DNA of 64,000 nucleotides from the NCBI GenBank assembly GCA_002633005.1, contig NMRA01000209.1, positions 1 through 64,000 on the forward strand, written 5' to 3'. This stretch comes from Phoronis australis. Its lineage: Eukaryota; Animalia; Phoronida. The translations under genes and the position numbers were made by a program. Position 1 is the first letter of the stretch. Every line of letters begins with the position of its first letter. The notes under the pieces were generated by a model. It saw only the letters and a list, made by a program, of their open reading frames with translations. It had not been told where the DNA came from and searched no databases. Positions 1 through 12,149 of the stretch are shown piece after piece.

Positions 1-183
1 AATAGAGGCTTGTACTCACTCCCCGTCCAAAAACCGGGAACTTTTGCTTTAGTCCACTTGAGCTTGTAAAAGAGGTTTCAGACTTGTTCCTTACTCGAAT
101 GAGGGGGGGATTTTCGGCAAACAATCGCCAGTTCGTTAACATTATTCCATGAGATTCGACTCCTAAAATTACATGCTCCGACA

Positions 184-326
184 AGCCAAATTAGAATGCC
201 CAGTCTCAACCAATAAACAATCCTGGAAGCAATCATGGGCGCATATCAACGCTTCGCGTTGCTCTTGCTATCTTTCGGACAATCTGGGTAAATTGCAGCC
301 AAATTAGAATGCCCAGTCTCAACCAA
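184..326. repeat. 30-bp direct repeat
   Basis: agccaaattagaatgcccagtctcaaccaa occurs at 184-213 and 297-326. Confidence 0.85.
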
Positions 327-1853
327 AAACGAACTATAAAACCTTCCGAAGCCCTGAAATCCCCTCTAATTCGAGAACAATTTCATAACGGTCAGTTTTC
401 TTAGCAATTTTTGTGATGGAAGTCGTGTTTACAGCCGCCTTTCCCTTCTGAGCTACTGAATGAAACTTACATGTCTAATGAATACCTTGCCAATATCAGA
501 GAAGTTTCGCAAAGCCACGTGAACGTGAATTATCACGCTCGCATATATAATTTCCACGCCATACTTGTACATGCCATTGTTGGCTGTGACGTATTCCGTT
601 AGTGTTCGCGTATTTTACGCGAATACAGGGAGATTCACGTCGCTTTAAACGCAAAATTGTGGCCCCTTTTTATTTCTTATTTGGCAAGACATCGAAATGA
701 TTTTTATTTTTATAGGGTTTTCAATCTTTCTTCGTTGTTTCAGGATAAAGTGAGAGCTATTTTTGTCTATAAATGTCCAGCTGAAGGAAGGCCTTTTTCC
801 AAAATCTTTATTCTGTTGGGGTTCGCTGGATATCATAGAACTGGAATTATAGATTTTGACAGATATGATTTTGTGTTCATAGTTAATTTTATTATGCTTA
901 ATTTAAATGCGTCTATTTATTTTAAACTGCAAATAAATTGCGCATTATAAGAGTTGGTCATTTTTCAAGTGTCGGAGTTTGTAGAAACGACTTTTTTCAC
1001 ATTCAACATATATTCCCTTGCATACCTGTAGCAGATTGGAGTACAGTAAAATACAATACAATTAAACAAAACATATTTCATTCAAAATTCTGTAAAACGT
1101 ACATGTACAGATTGATCTCCCATAGGCTTTCTCAAAGTAAAACATGGTGCAGAGCTGGAACGGGAAAAGTTTGGAATTTTTGTTCATAATAGAATCATGA
1201 GCGATTAGATGGCAAAATATTTCAGAAATATGGATGAAAAGTGTTCGGAAGAACTTTTCAGTGATAACAGCTCCCTGCGCGTATACGCGGGGTATTGGAA
1301 CTTCGAAGTTGGCCTTCCAATCCAAGAGTTCTGTATTTTTCAAAGACTAAAATAATGTTCACTGCATAGACATCTAAAAGTACCTGTCTATGGTCCGCTG
1401 ACTTTCACTTTAGCACGTGCACGCTGAGCGGGCTGACAAGCATTTTTTTCAAATTCTCCCACTACGTTAAGTGTAGAAAATGGTGGCTGAATAAACGAAC
1501 GAGTTATCAACATACGACCCATACCCTACTTCCGTGAATTACATGGCTGATGTTATATAATAAAAAATTATTGGCTTTCACAATCGGTCAATATGTGGGT
1601 TTTCAGATGCCAAAATCTTATAATGTCCTTGGGCTCCGCCACGGTCATCTTCACATTTTTGAGGTCTGAAAACTAAAATTCTGACCAATAGTTGTATAAT
1701 ATTGGACTTAAGAATCACCTTCACGAACTGCGTGCAAGTTAAAGTGGAAAATACGACAGTCTCGAATTTTGTTTTGTCGTAGATTTCCTTGTACATGTAC
1801 CTCTGCTGACGGTGCTTTGAGTAAATGTTTGATGACAACAACTTTGTATTCAG

Positions 1854-2063
1854 AGTGTAGATTCAAAGTGGGATTTAGCCAGCGAAGGACCTTCAAACAA
1901 TACTGACGAACTTGGGTATGACGTCTACGCAAAGGCATTCAAAGATTTGGTACGGGACGAGCGTATTTCAAACGGCACTACGATAGGGGTCTACGGAAGT
2001 TGGGGCGCAGGAAAGACATTCCTACTGAACCGCTTGAGTGAAAAATGCAAGAAGAATAAGAAG
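1854..2063 (+). CDS. KAP-family NTPase-OTU gene, exon carrying Walker A (no start codon; upstream exon needed)
   Basis: Acceptor ttgtattcag|. Manual translation gives SVDSKWDLASEGPSNNTDELGYDVYAKAFKDLVRDERISNGTTIGVYGSWGAGKTFLLNRLSEKCKKNKK, with the KAP-type D-x-LG-Y motif and Walker A GxWGxGKT. The exon is 210 nt, phase 0-0, and ends at donor AAG|GCAAGT. Confidence 0.88.
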
Positions 2064-3687
2064 GCAAGTGATATCTGCCGAGCTGCGTAAGGTCGCCAAT
2101 TGTTTTAGTTCCACAAATAACCATTACGCCTGTAGGTGCCTCATAGCAGTTTTTTCCACATGCCACCCGCGATGACAGAGGTGTTAATTTATTACCGGTG
2201 CCTTGTCAATTTCTATGGCTACAATCTTTCACATTGCTACTTTTCGTAGCACTGTTGAATGTTGTATTTGTTTAACATGGCTTCTTATTATAAGGTAATG
2301 AACACAACATCATAGCATTTAGTCATTCTCATTGGTTGAAAGTTGGGAAACCCCTTTCAGTTTACCACGTATGGCCACCACCTTTGACTTGGGTAGTTAC
2401 AGTTTATTAAAACCGGCAGTGACCAAAGTAAACAAAATCAAGGGAAGCCCGATCCAGTGGTTTAAGAACAAACAAGTACGGTGCATAAAGGCGTGTGCAA
2501 GTGGTGGCGATGTGGTCGGTTTACTTACGACCAAGACATGCCTACTGATTCCCACACACGGATTTCCGTGTGTCGTTCATCATGTTTCCACAGGGTCACT
2601 TTTCACGATAGGTAGAGCTAGAGCTCTGTCAGAGGGTATTTCCTTTGCCTACATATTGAATTGAACCGGTATTACTCTAGAAATCGTGGATGTCTCTGAA
2701 CGACCTTATAGGTGAATATGGCGAATTCGAATACCCACCCCAGTGGACGTAGCCGCCTTGATTTCTTTCATCTTCAGTACATCTCGACTTTACACAGTTT
2801 TCTGTTCTGAAAGACAACACGATGCTAGGCGTGGACTTCCTCTCAGGGTTATGTACTCTCATGTTACAAATCGATCTTGCATCTCTCCACTGAAAAGTTG
2901 TTCCTGCTTTTTTGTGTTACCGTTGGATGAATTAGTCTTTATTGCAAATAAATTTATCCATAATTCGTTCTTGAAATATCAAAATTGTCCAACTGACAGT
3001 GATTACAACTTGTACATGGTTTATATCCCGAGACTCGTATAGAAATAACTTGCTTGCGCTACCATCTTGATTAAGAAATGCCACATGTTTCTTCATTCAC
3101 GATCATGTTCATTCGATTCACAGTTCCTCCATTTCCGTTTTTCATTATTATGTACATAACTAGCCTATATGTAATATACACGTTATAACGCCGTATGGAA
3201 AATGCCGAGTACTGTATCGCATGAGTGTATTCGCGATAGAGTTTGAGATACGCTGATGTACCTGTACTTAATGACTCGCAGATCTTCCAATGATTACATT
3301 CCATGTACTTTCGCCTAACACTCCTCTAATTGTTAGATAATAGTAACTCTTATTAATTGCATAAGCAAGTGTCAAATTTATAATGATTCCCAACAATGAA
3401 CAACTAGTTATTGTCAGTTTAAACTAATTGCCTACGTGAAGTCCCCACCAACCATCAATTCAATTAATTGCCATTCTCAACCCATAGATGAACGAAACAT
3501 CTGAATTCATGTAATAAGGTGCTCGTCATCACGTGACCGAAGTTTTTGAATGGTGTCGATTTTGAATGAAACAAGAAATCGTTTAAAAACAATCCTACAA
3601 GTTCATGTATAAACTGCATCTTTTACGACCTAAACGCAGGCCACTCTGACTCAGATTATTCACGTCCTAATTACTTTCTGTCAACAG

Positions 3688-5770
3688 GAATCGCAAGCCT
3701 CAAGCTGTTGCCAAATGAAGACAAAATTGTGCAGGCTTTTCTCGTGTGACGTACCTGTATGTGCCTATTTAACATTGCTTCTGTTCGTGTTACTGCCCGG
3801 TGCAGTCGCAGCTGCCGGAGGTTCGCTTTTTGGATATTGTGACAAAAACAACACAACAGGAAATGCAAGCGCGACAATCTCACAAAAACTTTCATGTGAA
3901 ATATGTGTCATTTCGATTTCCGCCGGAATTGTCGGTATAGTTATCCTAATCGCGTTGGTTATGCGTTGTTATGACGGTGGATGCAAAATGTTTTATGAAT
4001 TTCAAAAAGTCCTGTTACTCGTGTTTTTCAAACGACCATATCATCAACGACGCACCACGGACATCAAATCAACCCCAAGCAACTTAAAAGTGATTGAAGC
4101 TCGTTTCAACGCTTGGGAGTTCGCTGGTTCTGACCTTCTGTGGGCTGGCATTGTTACAAACATTTGTAATGTTGTAGAACAAGAATTCGGTTTCTGGAAA
4201 ACTAGATTGTTCCGTTTCGTTGAAGGCGAAGCCACCGAGGACATTGAGGTTTTCGTTGAAGGCGAAGCCACCGAGGACACTGAGCCTGAAAACAGCGGAG
4301 TCGCAGACAAGTCTTGCTTCAGGTCATGCTGTGGGGGGTATAACCCGGTAACCCAGGAAGAAAACAAGACACCCGGATCACAACCAAATCTTGTGCTGGA
4401 TGAGCGGCAATGCTGTCTAGGGATACCCTATTCCTTTACCATTTTCATGATAATCTTCATATTTATTTTTTCAGTAATGGTAATGTTTAAATTTGCCCAA
4501 ACAACACCCCCAGCCACGCGCGAGCAACTCCTATTTGGCGTAGCGCTTGTGGGATTGGTTACAGCGCTAATACCGATAATTAAAACAACCGCGGGTTTGA
4601 TTATTTCCCTATGCCAATCTGAGGCGGAACGTGTACTGCGGATGAAAAGGCATTTGACTCGTTCAAATTTTGACGTGGAATTAGGATTTATGAACAGAGT
4701 CAAGTTAGAAGTATACTTTCTCAAGGATTTTATTAGATATATGGAGTTCATATACCAAACACATTATCGCTTACTTATAATCATTGACGATCTAGACAGA
4801 GTAGAAAAACACAAAATTCACAAGATTCTGGAAGCAGTTAATATATTGTTCTCCGATAACACTCTGCCCTTCATTTCGTTAGTTGCCATTGATCCACAAA
4901 TTGTCGTGAAAGCTATCGAGCAATCATTCCCCGAAGTGCTGTTGAATGCTAATATTAACGGTCACGAGTATTTAAAGAAAATCATTCACCTGCCTTTTTG
5001 CATCCCTTTGCCTACGGACAAGCGAGTTAAGCAGTATGTTAACGCCTTGGTGAAAACAGAAAAGTCCAGTAATGACGTCCGTAATGACAGTAATGTTGAA
5101 CCTAAACACTTTGAACGTGGAACCGTACATGATATCCAAATGAATGAGCGAAAGGCGGACGGTGATACGCCGTCAAAAAGTGATGAGCAAAGAGAAGTTG
5201 AGAATGCCTCGTTAAGAACAGCGATGGATGGTTTGAGAGAAATGAGTGAATTCCTCGCACCTAACGCGCGAAATATCAAACGTATTCGTAACATACTGAT
5301 GGCAACATTTAAACTTGTGATGAGAGGGGAAAAGATGAGCGACAATGAAATTCACGAGCTGGCGCGATGGGTGCTTTTCACAGAGCAGTGGCCATATAGA
5401 GCGAGTTGGTTGATACATGTATGCGAAAAGAGCGAGTACGATTCGGAGAAACAGCTATTCACGCTATACGAAGAATGCGAGAAAGAATTGGCCAACCCGT
5501 CCGACTGGAAAGCGCTACTTAGCCTTGATCACAATCCAAGGCTGTTCAAATTATTCCTAGAGAGATATGAGTTTAAAATGAGTGACGTGAAAACCTTTTT
5601 GCCATTAACTGTAAACCTTGACTACTCAATCAGGACAATAATAGTGAATGCTGAGTCGGAGAAAACTGCAAAAATGTATCGCGAACAGTTGAAATCGAAG
5701 GAAGTTGGAAAAGCTGGAGAAAATGCAGTGGAAACGAAAACACCAGGATACAACAGAGATACCAATGAAG
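3688..5770 (+). CDS. KAP-family P-loop NTPase (NKPD1/Kidins220-like), main exon with four predicted TM segments
   Basis: Acceptor ttactttctgtcaacag| is in frame with the 703-aa ORF. Motifs: FNAWEFAGSDLLWAGIV, Walker B LLIIIDDLDR, NGHEYLKKIIHLPFCIP, PNARNIKRIRN, WVLFTEQWPYRASWL. Four hydrophobic stretches. Phase-1 donor GAAG|GTACTA. Confidence 0.92.
4215..4286 (+). repeat. In-frame 36-bp tandem duplication inside the KAP exon
   Basis: tttcgttgaaggcgaagccaccgaggaca at 4215 and 4251, encoding FVEGEATEDIEV/FVEGEATEDTEP. Confidence 0.95.
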
Positions 5771-7762
5771 GTACTATTAAATTAATGTTTATAATTTTTC
5801 AAATCAGAATATTTTGTTGTATCTAACTGCGTCAAACTGTCTAATAGCCGTCTTTCAGTGGTGCAGTTCAGAGGCACGCCATTCTGCAAACCTACATTTC
5901 GTGAGAGACAAAAACATCGCCGAATATCCGTTTAACAGCAAATCACAATGGGGACGACCCAATGTTTCCCCATCAGTAACCGAATATTACCATTGCGTTG
6001 AAAGCGGTCAAAATTGTTTGCTGCACAAATTCAGAGGTCACTTTCGCCATTGTCATCACTGTCGTTACGGCACATATGAAATGATGCTAATGTCTTTCTG
6101 CGTTTCAAGGGCGCGCCCCTATTTTTATGTAAAGACACTCTTAACGCTTAAACTCATGTCGCATTTTGGGAAACTGTCTAGTTCCTTAGAAAACGGTTTT
6201 CCTGTAGCATTTACCCGAAACGTTGTAAATTTACAAGCACTCAACGTATCGATATTTTTGCAAGATTTGTTGTAAGTTTGTATAGTTTAGTACATAAATG
6301 AAATACAAATGCAAAACAATGGTCACTTCAATGTCTCGGATTTTGAGAACCATTTTGATCATAGACAATAGATTTCACCAATGGAGTGCACTGCTTTCCA
6401 AGAGGAAAAACTTTGACAAGGCAATAAATTTTAAAAAATACATTTGCTCATGCTTTTATAAAAAACAAAAATTTACACTCAATGTTAAAAGTAGAATTTT
6501 TAGCAAACAGTTTGATATAAAATCATTAATATCGGTTCAGTTACGGCCATTTAGCAGCTGAAGGTTTATCCTCAAAGTATAAGACACAAGAATTTACCAG
6601 TGAGTGACAAATGTCGTATAACTTCGATATTTAAAAATATTCATTTATACTCCACTTTGTTGTAATAGATATCAAAAGAAAGAAAGTTTAAATTTTGCGC
6701 TATATTTCTTGTTTTCCACTACTTTGCACGTTAATAGATATGAGCTTGTAAAAATCATGAAAAGGGGCAAAATTTTGCTCTTACTGAATTTTGGCCACAT
6801 TGGTTTGCTATGTACATGTATTGTAGACGTAGTTAGATGAGAAACTACTACATGTAGGTCGATCCAAAATTCCTACAAAATCTCAAAATTCAAACTAAAT
6901 TTCACCCTAAACGACTGCAAATTCAACCAGATGAAAAGCTTTATCCAATTGACTCAACCTTTTTCTTGGACCAAAAGTCTCGATTTTCGTGTTCAACTGT
7001 AGCAGTATTCGGGCCCATCAACAGACAGCTTGTCAGGTCAGTTCTGGAGTGTTTCGTTGCGAAAATCCGACTTGTGTGGCTAGCATACGCAATTTAGTTT
7101 GCATAAAATACAGAAAGTTAATTTCAAACACAAAAATTTTTCCTCGAAATGCGCAAAATAAAAACGAAAGTTTACCTTCGCTCCTACATGAAACCAAGAG
7201 AACGGAAGTTATGAATCCTCCTCACGTAGATCGCGTTAGACCGCGAGATATGACGGAGTCGCGAATCTTTTAACGATTATCTATGGTTTGATGTTCGTCA
7301 TTCAGTGGGAGAAACTGGTTCTCGAAATGCGTGACCCTTTAAGTGACCATTACCCAAATCGCACACACTCGTTTAACAGTTCAGTCTCTCTGGAATAGTG
7401 AGCAATCAAATTTGTTTTAAAATCTTTGAAATTGCGTGTGAACAAAACTCATATACTACATATGAACTTATGGTTGCTGAATGTTTCGGGGGTAAAACTT
7501 GCCCGCCTGGAAACAGTAAGCATATGATGTCAAAGTTGGTGTACCATCTGTCAATCCAGCCCATTTCCTTTTCTCGTTACATAACGCTTTGTTACTTTTC
7601 AAACACTTCTCATTGCGTTCACATTAATGGATGACACCCTACATCAGTTGGACAGGTTTTTCTCTACTCACTTCTTAACAGCTTTTTATTTCATGATTTT
7701 TATGTATTAAAATCGTTTATTCGTTTTTCTTCATATCTGTGACGTGTTCCTTTCCTTTCCAG

Positions 7763-7938
7763 CGCCACGTGAACGACTCGAGAAAAACGTCGAAGCCAGT
7801 GGCATGACGTCTCGCCGTCAAACGCCACGTGATGGCAATTGCTTCTTCCATGCCATGGTAGCTCAGTGTCAGCGAACGAAAACTCACCCTTGTATCACAC
7901 ATAAAGAACTTCGACAAAGAACCGTTGCCTATATGACT
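7763..7938 (+). CDS. Exon encoding the N-terminal half of an OTU-like cysteine protease domain (Cys loop)
   Basis: Acceptor tttcctttccag| in phase 1, matching the 5770 donor. Translation PRERLEKNVEASGMTSRRQTPRDGNCFFHAMVAQCQRTKTHPCITHKELRQRTVAYMT contains the OTU D-G-N-C-x-F motif. Phase-0 donor |GTAAGT. Confidence 0.88.
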
Positions 7939-8269
7939 GTAAGTGTTTTGAAAGTAATCAGGATCCATGTCAATTGTATCGCCTCCGACATGGAATGTTC
8001 TAAATACATCAATTTCATAAATTAATTCCATAGCCAATGATCAATGATTCAGGACAATGTGGTTATAAACGCTAGAAAAATTCTTTCGGTATTATTTGAA
8101 GCAAACAGATCGCGTATGGGTACCGCACTGTTGCTCAGAATGGTTTGTTGTCACTTTTATGCTCCTGCATATTAATTTGTGGACTCATTATGCCGTCTTC
8201 CTCGTCCCTCTGGTGTGCAGCATCCAGGGTCCTCTGCTCTATTTCCAAAACCTTTTGATATATGTACAT

Positions 8270-11200
8270 GAAATTTTGTGCATTTTTCTTTTATGAATGG
8301 GACGGCATGAGCGGATCCGACCACTGGTGTGCCCCTTTGTGGCAATTTTAGTTTTTAAGATTCCCTCTGTATCTTCAAAGGTCCTCAACATATTTTCATA
8401 AAATTTGGCAGATAGGCTTTTATTGGTGATATGACGCTATCCTTCCTGTTTTCGAATGAATTCAAGGTATTTTGCGTCACCCAGTGGCCATTTTGTTTTC
8501 GAATCTGTTTTTTTGGCGTCCGCACCTCTGTCAACCAAACCACTCTGAGCATGATTATGAAAATTGGAATATATGGTCCTACTAACAATTTTAAGACGAT
8601 TTCGACTACAATGGCGCCTTTGGTGGCAGTTTTGGTTTGTTTTTGCACTCCTGGCTGTATCTCCTAAACCCTCGGCAGGATCTTTGTTAAATTCAGAATA
8701 TGTATTTACATGAAGCTGACAAGGGACCGCCACAGCTTTGAAACGGATGCGACGAACGCGGTGTCCGCTAATGGCAATTTCCTTTTTTTCCGTTTTCTTC
8801 TGTTTCTTTGAAATTTCTTGACAGATTTTTGTGATATTTGGTAATTGGGTTTCTATTAAAGAAATGGTATCAAGACCAACTTTTAGGGTGATTCGACGTA
8901 TGTTGCTTCCAGTGGCCATTTTTTACTGTTTTCTAGTCTATTTCTGAAGTCCGCTCTAGATTGTTCTAAAAACCCCTCGACCCCCTCGATCGAGTCTACA
9001 CAAGCTCGACTCCATCTGAACATACATGTAGACCAAGCGTTGACCTACAGGACCAACGAGTCGGGCCGTGTGCTCGGCTGGCTTTTTCCCCTTCACTTTT
9101 TGGAATTAAGAGAGTGTTCGGCAAGTTACAAAGCCAAAAAGAGAAAAAACATCGCCACCAATTTAGATCTAAGACCTACCAACGTTACAAATGTTGTTTC
9201 CAGCAGAGCGTAATCGTCTCGTCTTCTCTTCAGTACATGACAGGTTTAAGCTTTTTGGGAGAGTACCGAAGATTAATTTCTGCGGTAAATACAGCTGGAA
9301 AAAAACAAATTTGTTAACTAAAATAAATATTTCAACGTTATGTGGAGTATAATGTAAACGAGTGTACAGCAGAAAGCAAGTTATAAAAATGTGAAATTAT
9401 GTGCATTCACATTAACGTACTCTCTCCCCAAGTTTAGTGGAGCTGGGTCATTGGTAGCCGCTTGTGGAACTATTTCCATGTCGACAATAGCGCGCTCACA
9501 ATTGCTATTTCAGATCACGTTCTCACGACACTTTCTGTTTTTAACCACCTGACTTGAGCCAGAGCAGATTCAAGTGCGGGGTGTCTTACGACAGTCATTC
9601 AGCGACGAAATGTGCTTATGAAATGTGTAAAAAGCGCGAAGATAAATCTATTGCCGCATGTCGTGGGTAGAGGGTGTTGTGAATAGTGGGTCGTTAGGGT
9701 TGGGGGCTGAGGGGTCGTGGGCCGACGGGGTGTGGGGGTCGAGGGGTTTTGGAACAATCTGTCCGCCCCTCTATCAACCAAACCAATCTCAGAGTGATTT
9801 TAAAAACTGGCACCGACTCTCGTGGGACACATTGACAGTATGCGTCGGCTTTTTGGGAAGCTTTTTGTGCTTTGACCGCAAATTTGTTGGGAACTCACTA
9901 GAGCAGGACACCGTAAATGGTATCAAAAGAAAGAACAACTATTCATGGTTTGTTGTTGAACCTCTAATTTATGTATTGAGTTTTGTACTGGATAAAGACC
10001 GCTGAAGTGAAGCACCTGTGGAATACATGTATCTAGACCCAAGTGTCACACCTTGTAGTACATATAATTGTGACGGGACGCTCGTAACTATGCTTATTGT
10101 TATTCTTACTTAGTTGCAAATGTTCAGTTATTCTTATGCTAATGTCTTTGTTGCGTCTCAGTGCACATAATGTAATGGAGACGATCAAAAGCTAAGATTG
10201 CCTGTGGGCTGATGATGATTTCCGGACCATACGAACTACTGTGACTCCTCGCAATGGCAGTTTTTTGCGTCTTTGGCTGTATCTCCCAAACCCTCTGCAG
10301 GATCGTCATTAAATTTGGCAATTTATATCAAAGGTGACAACGGACAAAGAGGACATTTGGATGGATCCGATTACTGATATGCCCTCATAGTGGCAATTTA
10401 TTTTTTCGTTCTTTGTGTCTTTGAAACTCCCTGGTTGATTTTTATGAAATTTAACAATTACGTATTTATTACTGAGTCGAAAAAGTTTCCGTTTTGGGAT
10501 AGATTCAACTTATAGCGACTGTTTTACTGTCATGAAATTTTGCAAATAGTTTTCCTATTAAGGAGACGACGACACTTACTCATTTTCAGGCTGATTTGAC
10601 GTATTTTATGCCACTTGGTGGCAATTTTAATTTTTTTAATGAGTTTTTGACATCACCTTCCCTATTCGCCAAATCACTTGAAGGATCCTTATTAAAATTT
10701 GGAGATGTGTTCCTGACGAGAAGACTGAGGCTTACGTTGGTTTTCAGGCGTGTTCAACTACTCTGCCACCCCCATCCTCTGCCTCCAGTGGTATTTTTTG
10801 CGTTCACGGTTGTATCTTATTTACCTGTTAAAAGATTTTTAGCAGATATTTTCCTATGAAGATGGCAACAGATGACGATTATTGATTAGCCGTATTTTGC
10901 ACCAACTAGTGGCCATTTGAATTATTTTTAGTTAATTTTTCGTCGTTTACTTCTGTATCTGCCAAACCATGCAGAGGATTATTATGAAAATTGGCAAATG
11001 TGTTCCTACTTACAAGAGCATGACTGACGTGGTTTTCAAACAGGTCCAACGTCTGTGGTGCCCCTTAGTGACGTTTTTTCGCATCAACGGCTGTATCTGC
11101 TAAACCCCTTGCAAAGTGTTTTTGAAATTTTGCAATTTATTGTATTCCTATTAACTTGAGAGCGGATGGATGGATTCGACTACTGCTGCGATTCCTAATT

Positions 11201-11380
11201 ATGGTTGTTTGTTTTTTTTTCATAAAATCTGGCGAATAATTTGAGAGACGACGACACCTTCCACTTTTTGGATGGGTTCAATGTATTATGAGTCATCTAA
11301 TGGCCATTTTCAAGAAACAAATAAACTCCCCTAGAAGCACACCATTTGCGGTGCCGTCGTGGGCATGCTTAAAATCAGTT
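8270..11380. repeat. Intronic array of degenerate subrepeats (possibly a Helitron/Helentron-type non-autonomous element), interrupted by a MITE
   Basis: Recurring motifs gcc..tagtggc(a/c)atttt, ggctgtatct..aaaccc and gattttatgaaatttggc in 8270-8945 and about 10200-11380. The family assignment is inference. Confidence 0.55.
8958..9760. mobile_element. MITE with ~27-bp TIRs and an imperfect TSD
   Basis: Left end agattgttctaaaaacccctcgacccc; right end ggggtcgaggggttttggaacaatct. Flanks gtccgctct / gtccgcccc. Confidence 0.75.
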
Positions 11381-11870
11381 TCGGGATGTTTCTCATACTA
11401 TTTGTTGTCAAGTATCACATGTCAAGTGTCAAAAGCGTCTCAATTGTAGGTCATTTTGACCATCTGAAGACACGACTTCATGTACATGTATATCACAGTG
11501 TTGAAACAATATTTTTTTACCAACAAATGTGATTTTTTTAAAGTCCATGATGGTTCTTTATAGTTTAATCATTAGATAGAAACATATATTTACAAACAAC
11601 TGTGAATTTTTAGATGTCAAGCGATGGTTCTTTATAGTTTAGCCAATGAACAGAAAACTGACTATTTTCCCTCTAAAACAATGCCAAGGAATGAGTTTAT
11701 GTGATAAAAAGTTGGTTTTGTTCATGCTCGGGTAACCTATGGAGAATCGTATGACAAAAATATTCCCAAAATACTCATTTCTTGTGATTTTTATCAAACC
11801 ATTGTTCGTGATATGTCATTAGGCGCAGTTGTTGCTTAGAGTGTAATATGTTCTTGTTTGATTTGTCCAG

Positions 11871-12149
11871 AAACATCAAGAAAAATACGAATCGTATGTT
11901 GTGGGCAAAAGCTGGAAAACCTATATCGCCGACATGTCAAGAGATACAACTTGGGTTGATCACCCTGCCGTAGAGGCTGCAGCAGAGGTCCTCGATGTGA
12001 AACTACACATACTGCAAATTTCTTCAGATGATGACAAAAAGCCAACTGAATTAATCATCAACAAAGAAGCTAAAGGTCCTACGTTTCAACTTAGTCACGA
12101 AGACGAAGTTCATTATGAGAGTCGTACATGTATGCCAGTGTCGCACTGA
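11871..12149 (+). CDS. Probable terminal exon: C-terminal half of the OTU-like domain (His loop) and stop codon
   Basis: Acceptor tttgatttgtccag| in phase 0. Translation KHQEKYESYVVGKSWKTYIADMSRDTTWVDHPAVEAAAEVLDVKLHILQISS...TFQLSHEDEVHYESRTCMPVSH* has the OTU Y..M....W helix and the HY catalytic motif. Confidence 0.87.
   Translation, partial: KHQEKYESYVVGKSWKTYIADMSRDTTWVDHPAVEAAAEVLDVKLHILQISSDDDKKPTELIINKEAKGPTFQLSHEDEVHYESRTCMPVSH

Noticed and set aside
4044-5418. Antisense ORFs of 68-119 aa
   Set aside because: Shadows of the KAP coding exon.
3715-5826. The 703-aa ORF as a complete single-exon gene
   Set aside because: It lacks Walker A, which is in the upstream exon. Its last residues (TIKLMFIIFQIRIFCCI) look like intron read-through past a phase-compatible donor at 5771.
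6104-7342. Possible Kolobok-type MITE ending ccctttaa
   Set aside because: I could not identify a matching left TIR with confidence.
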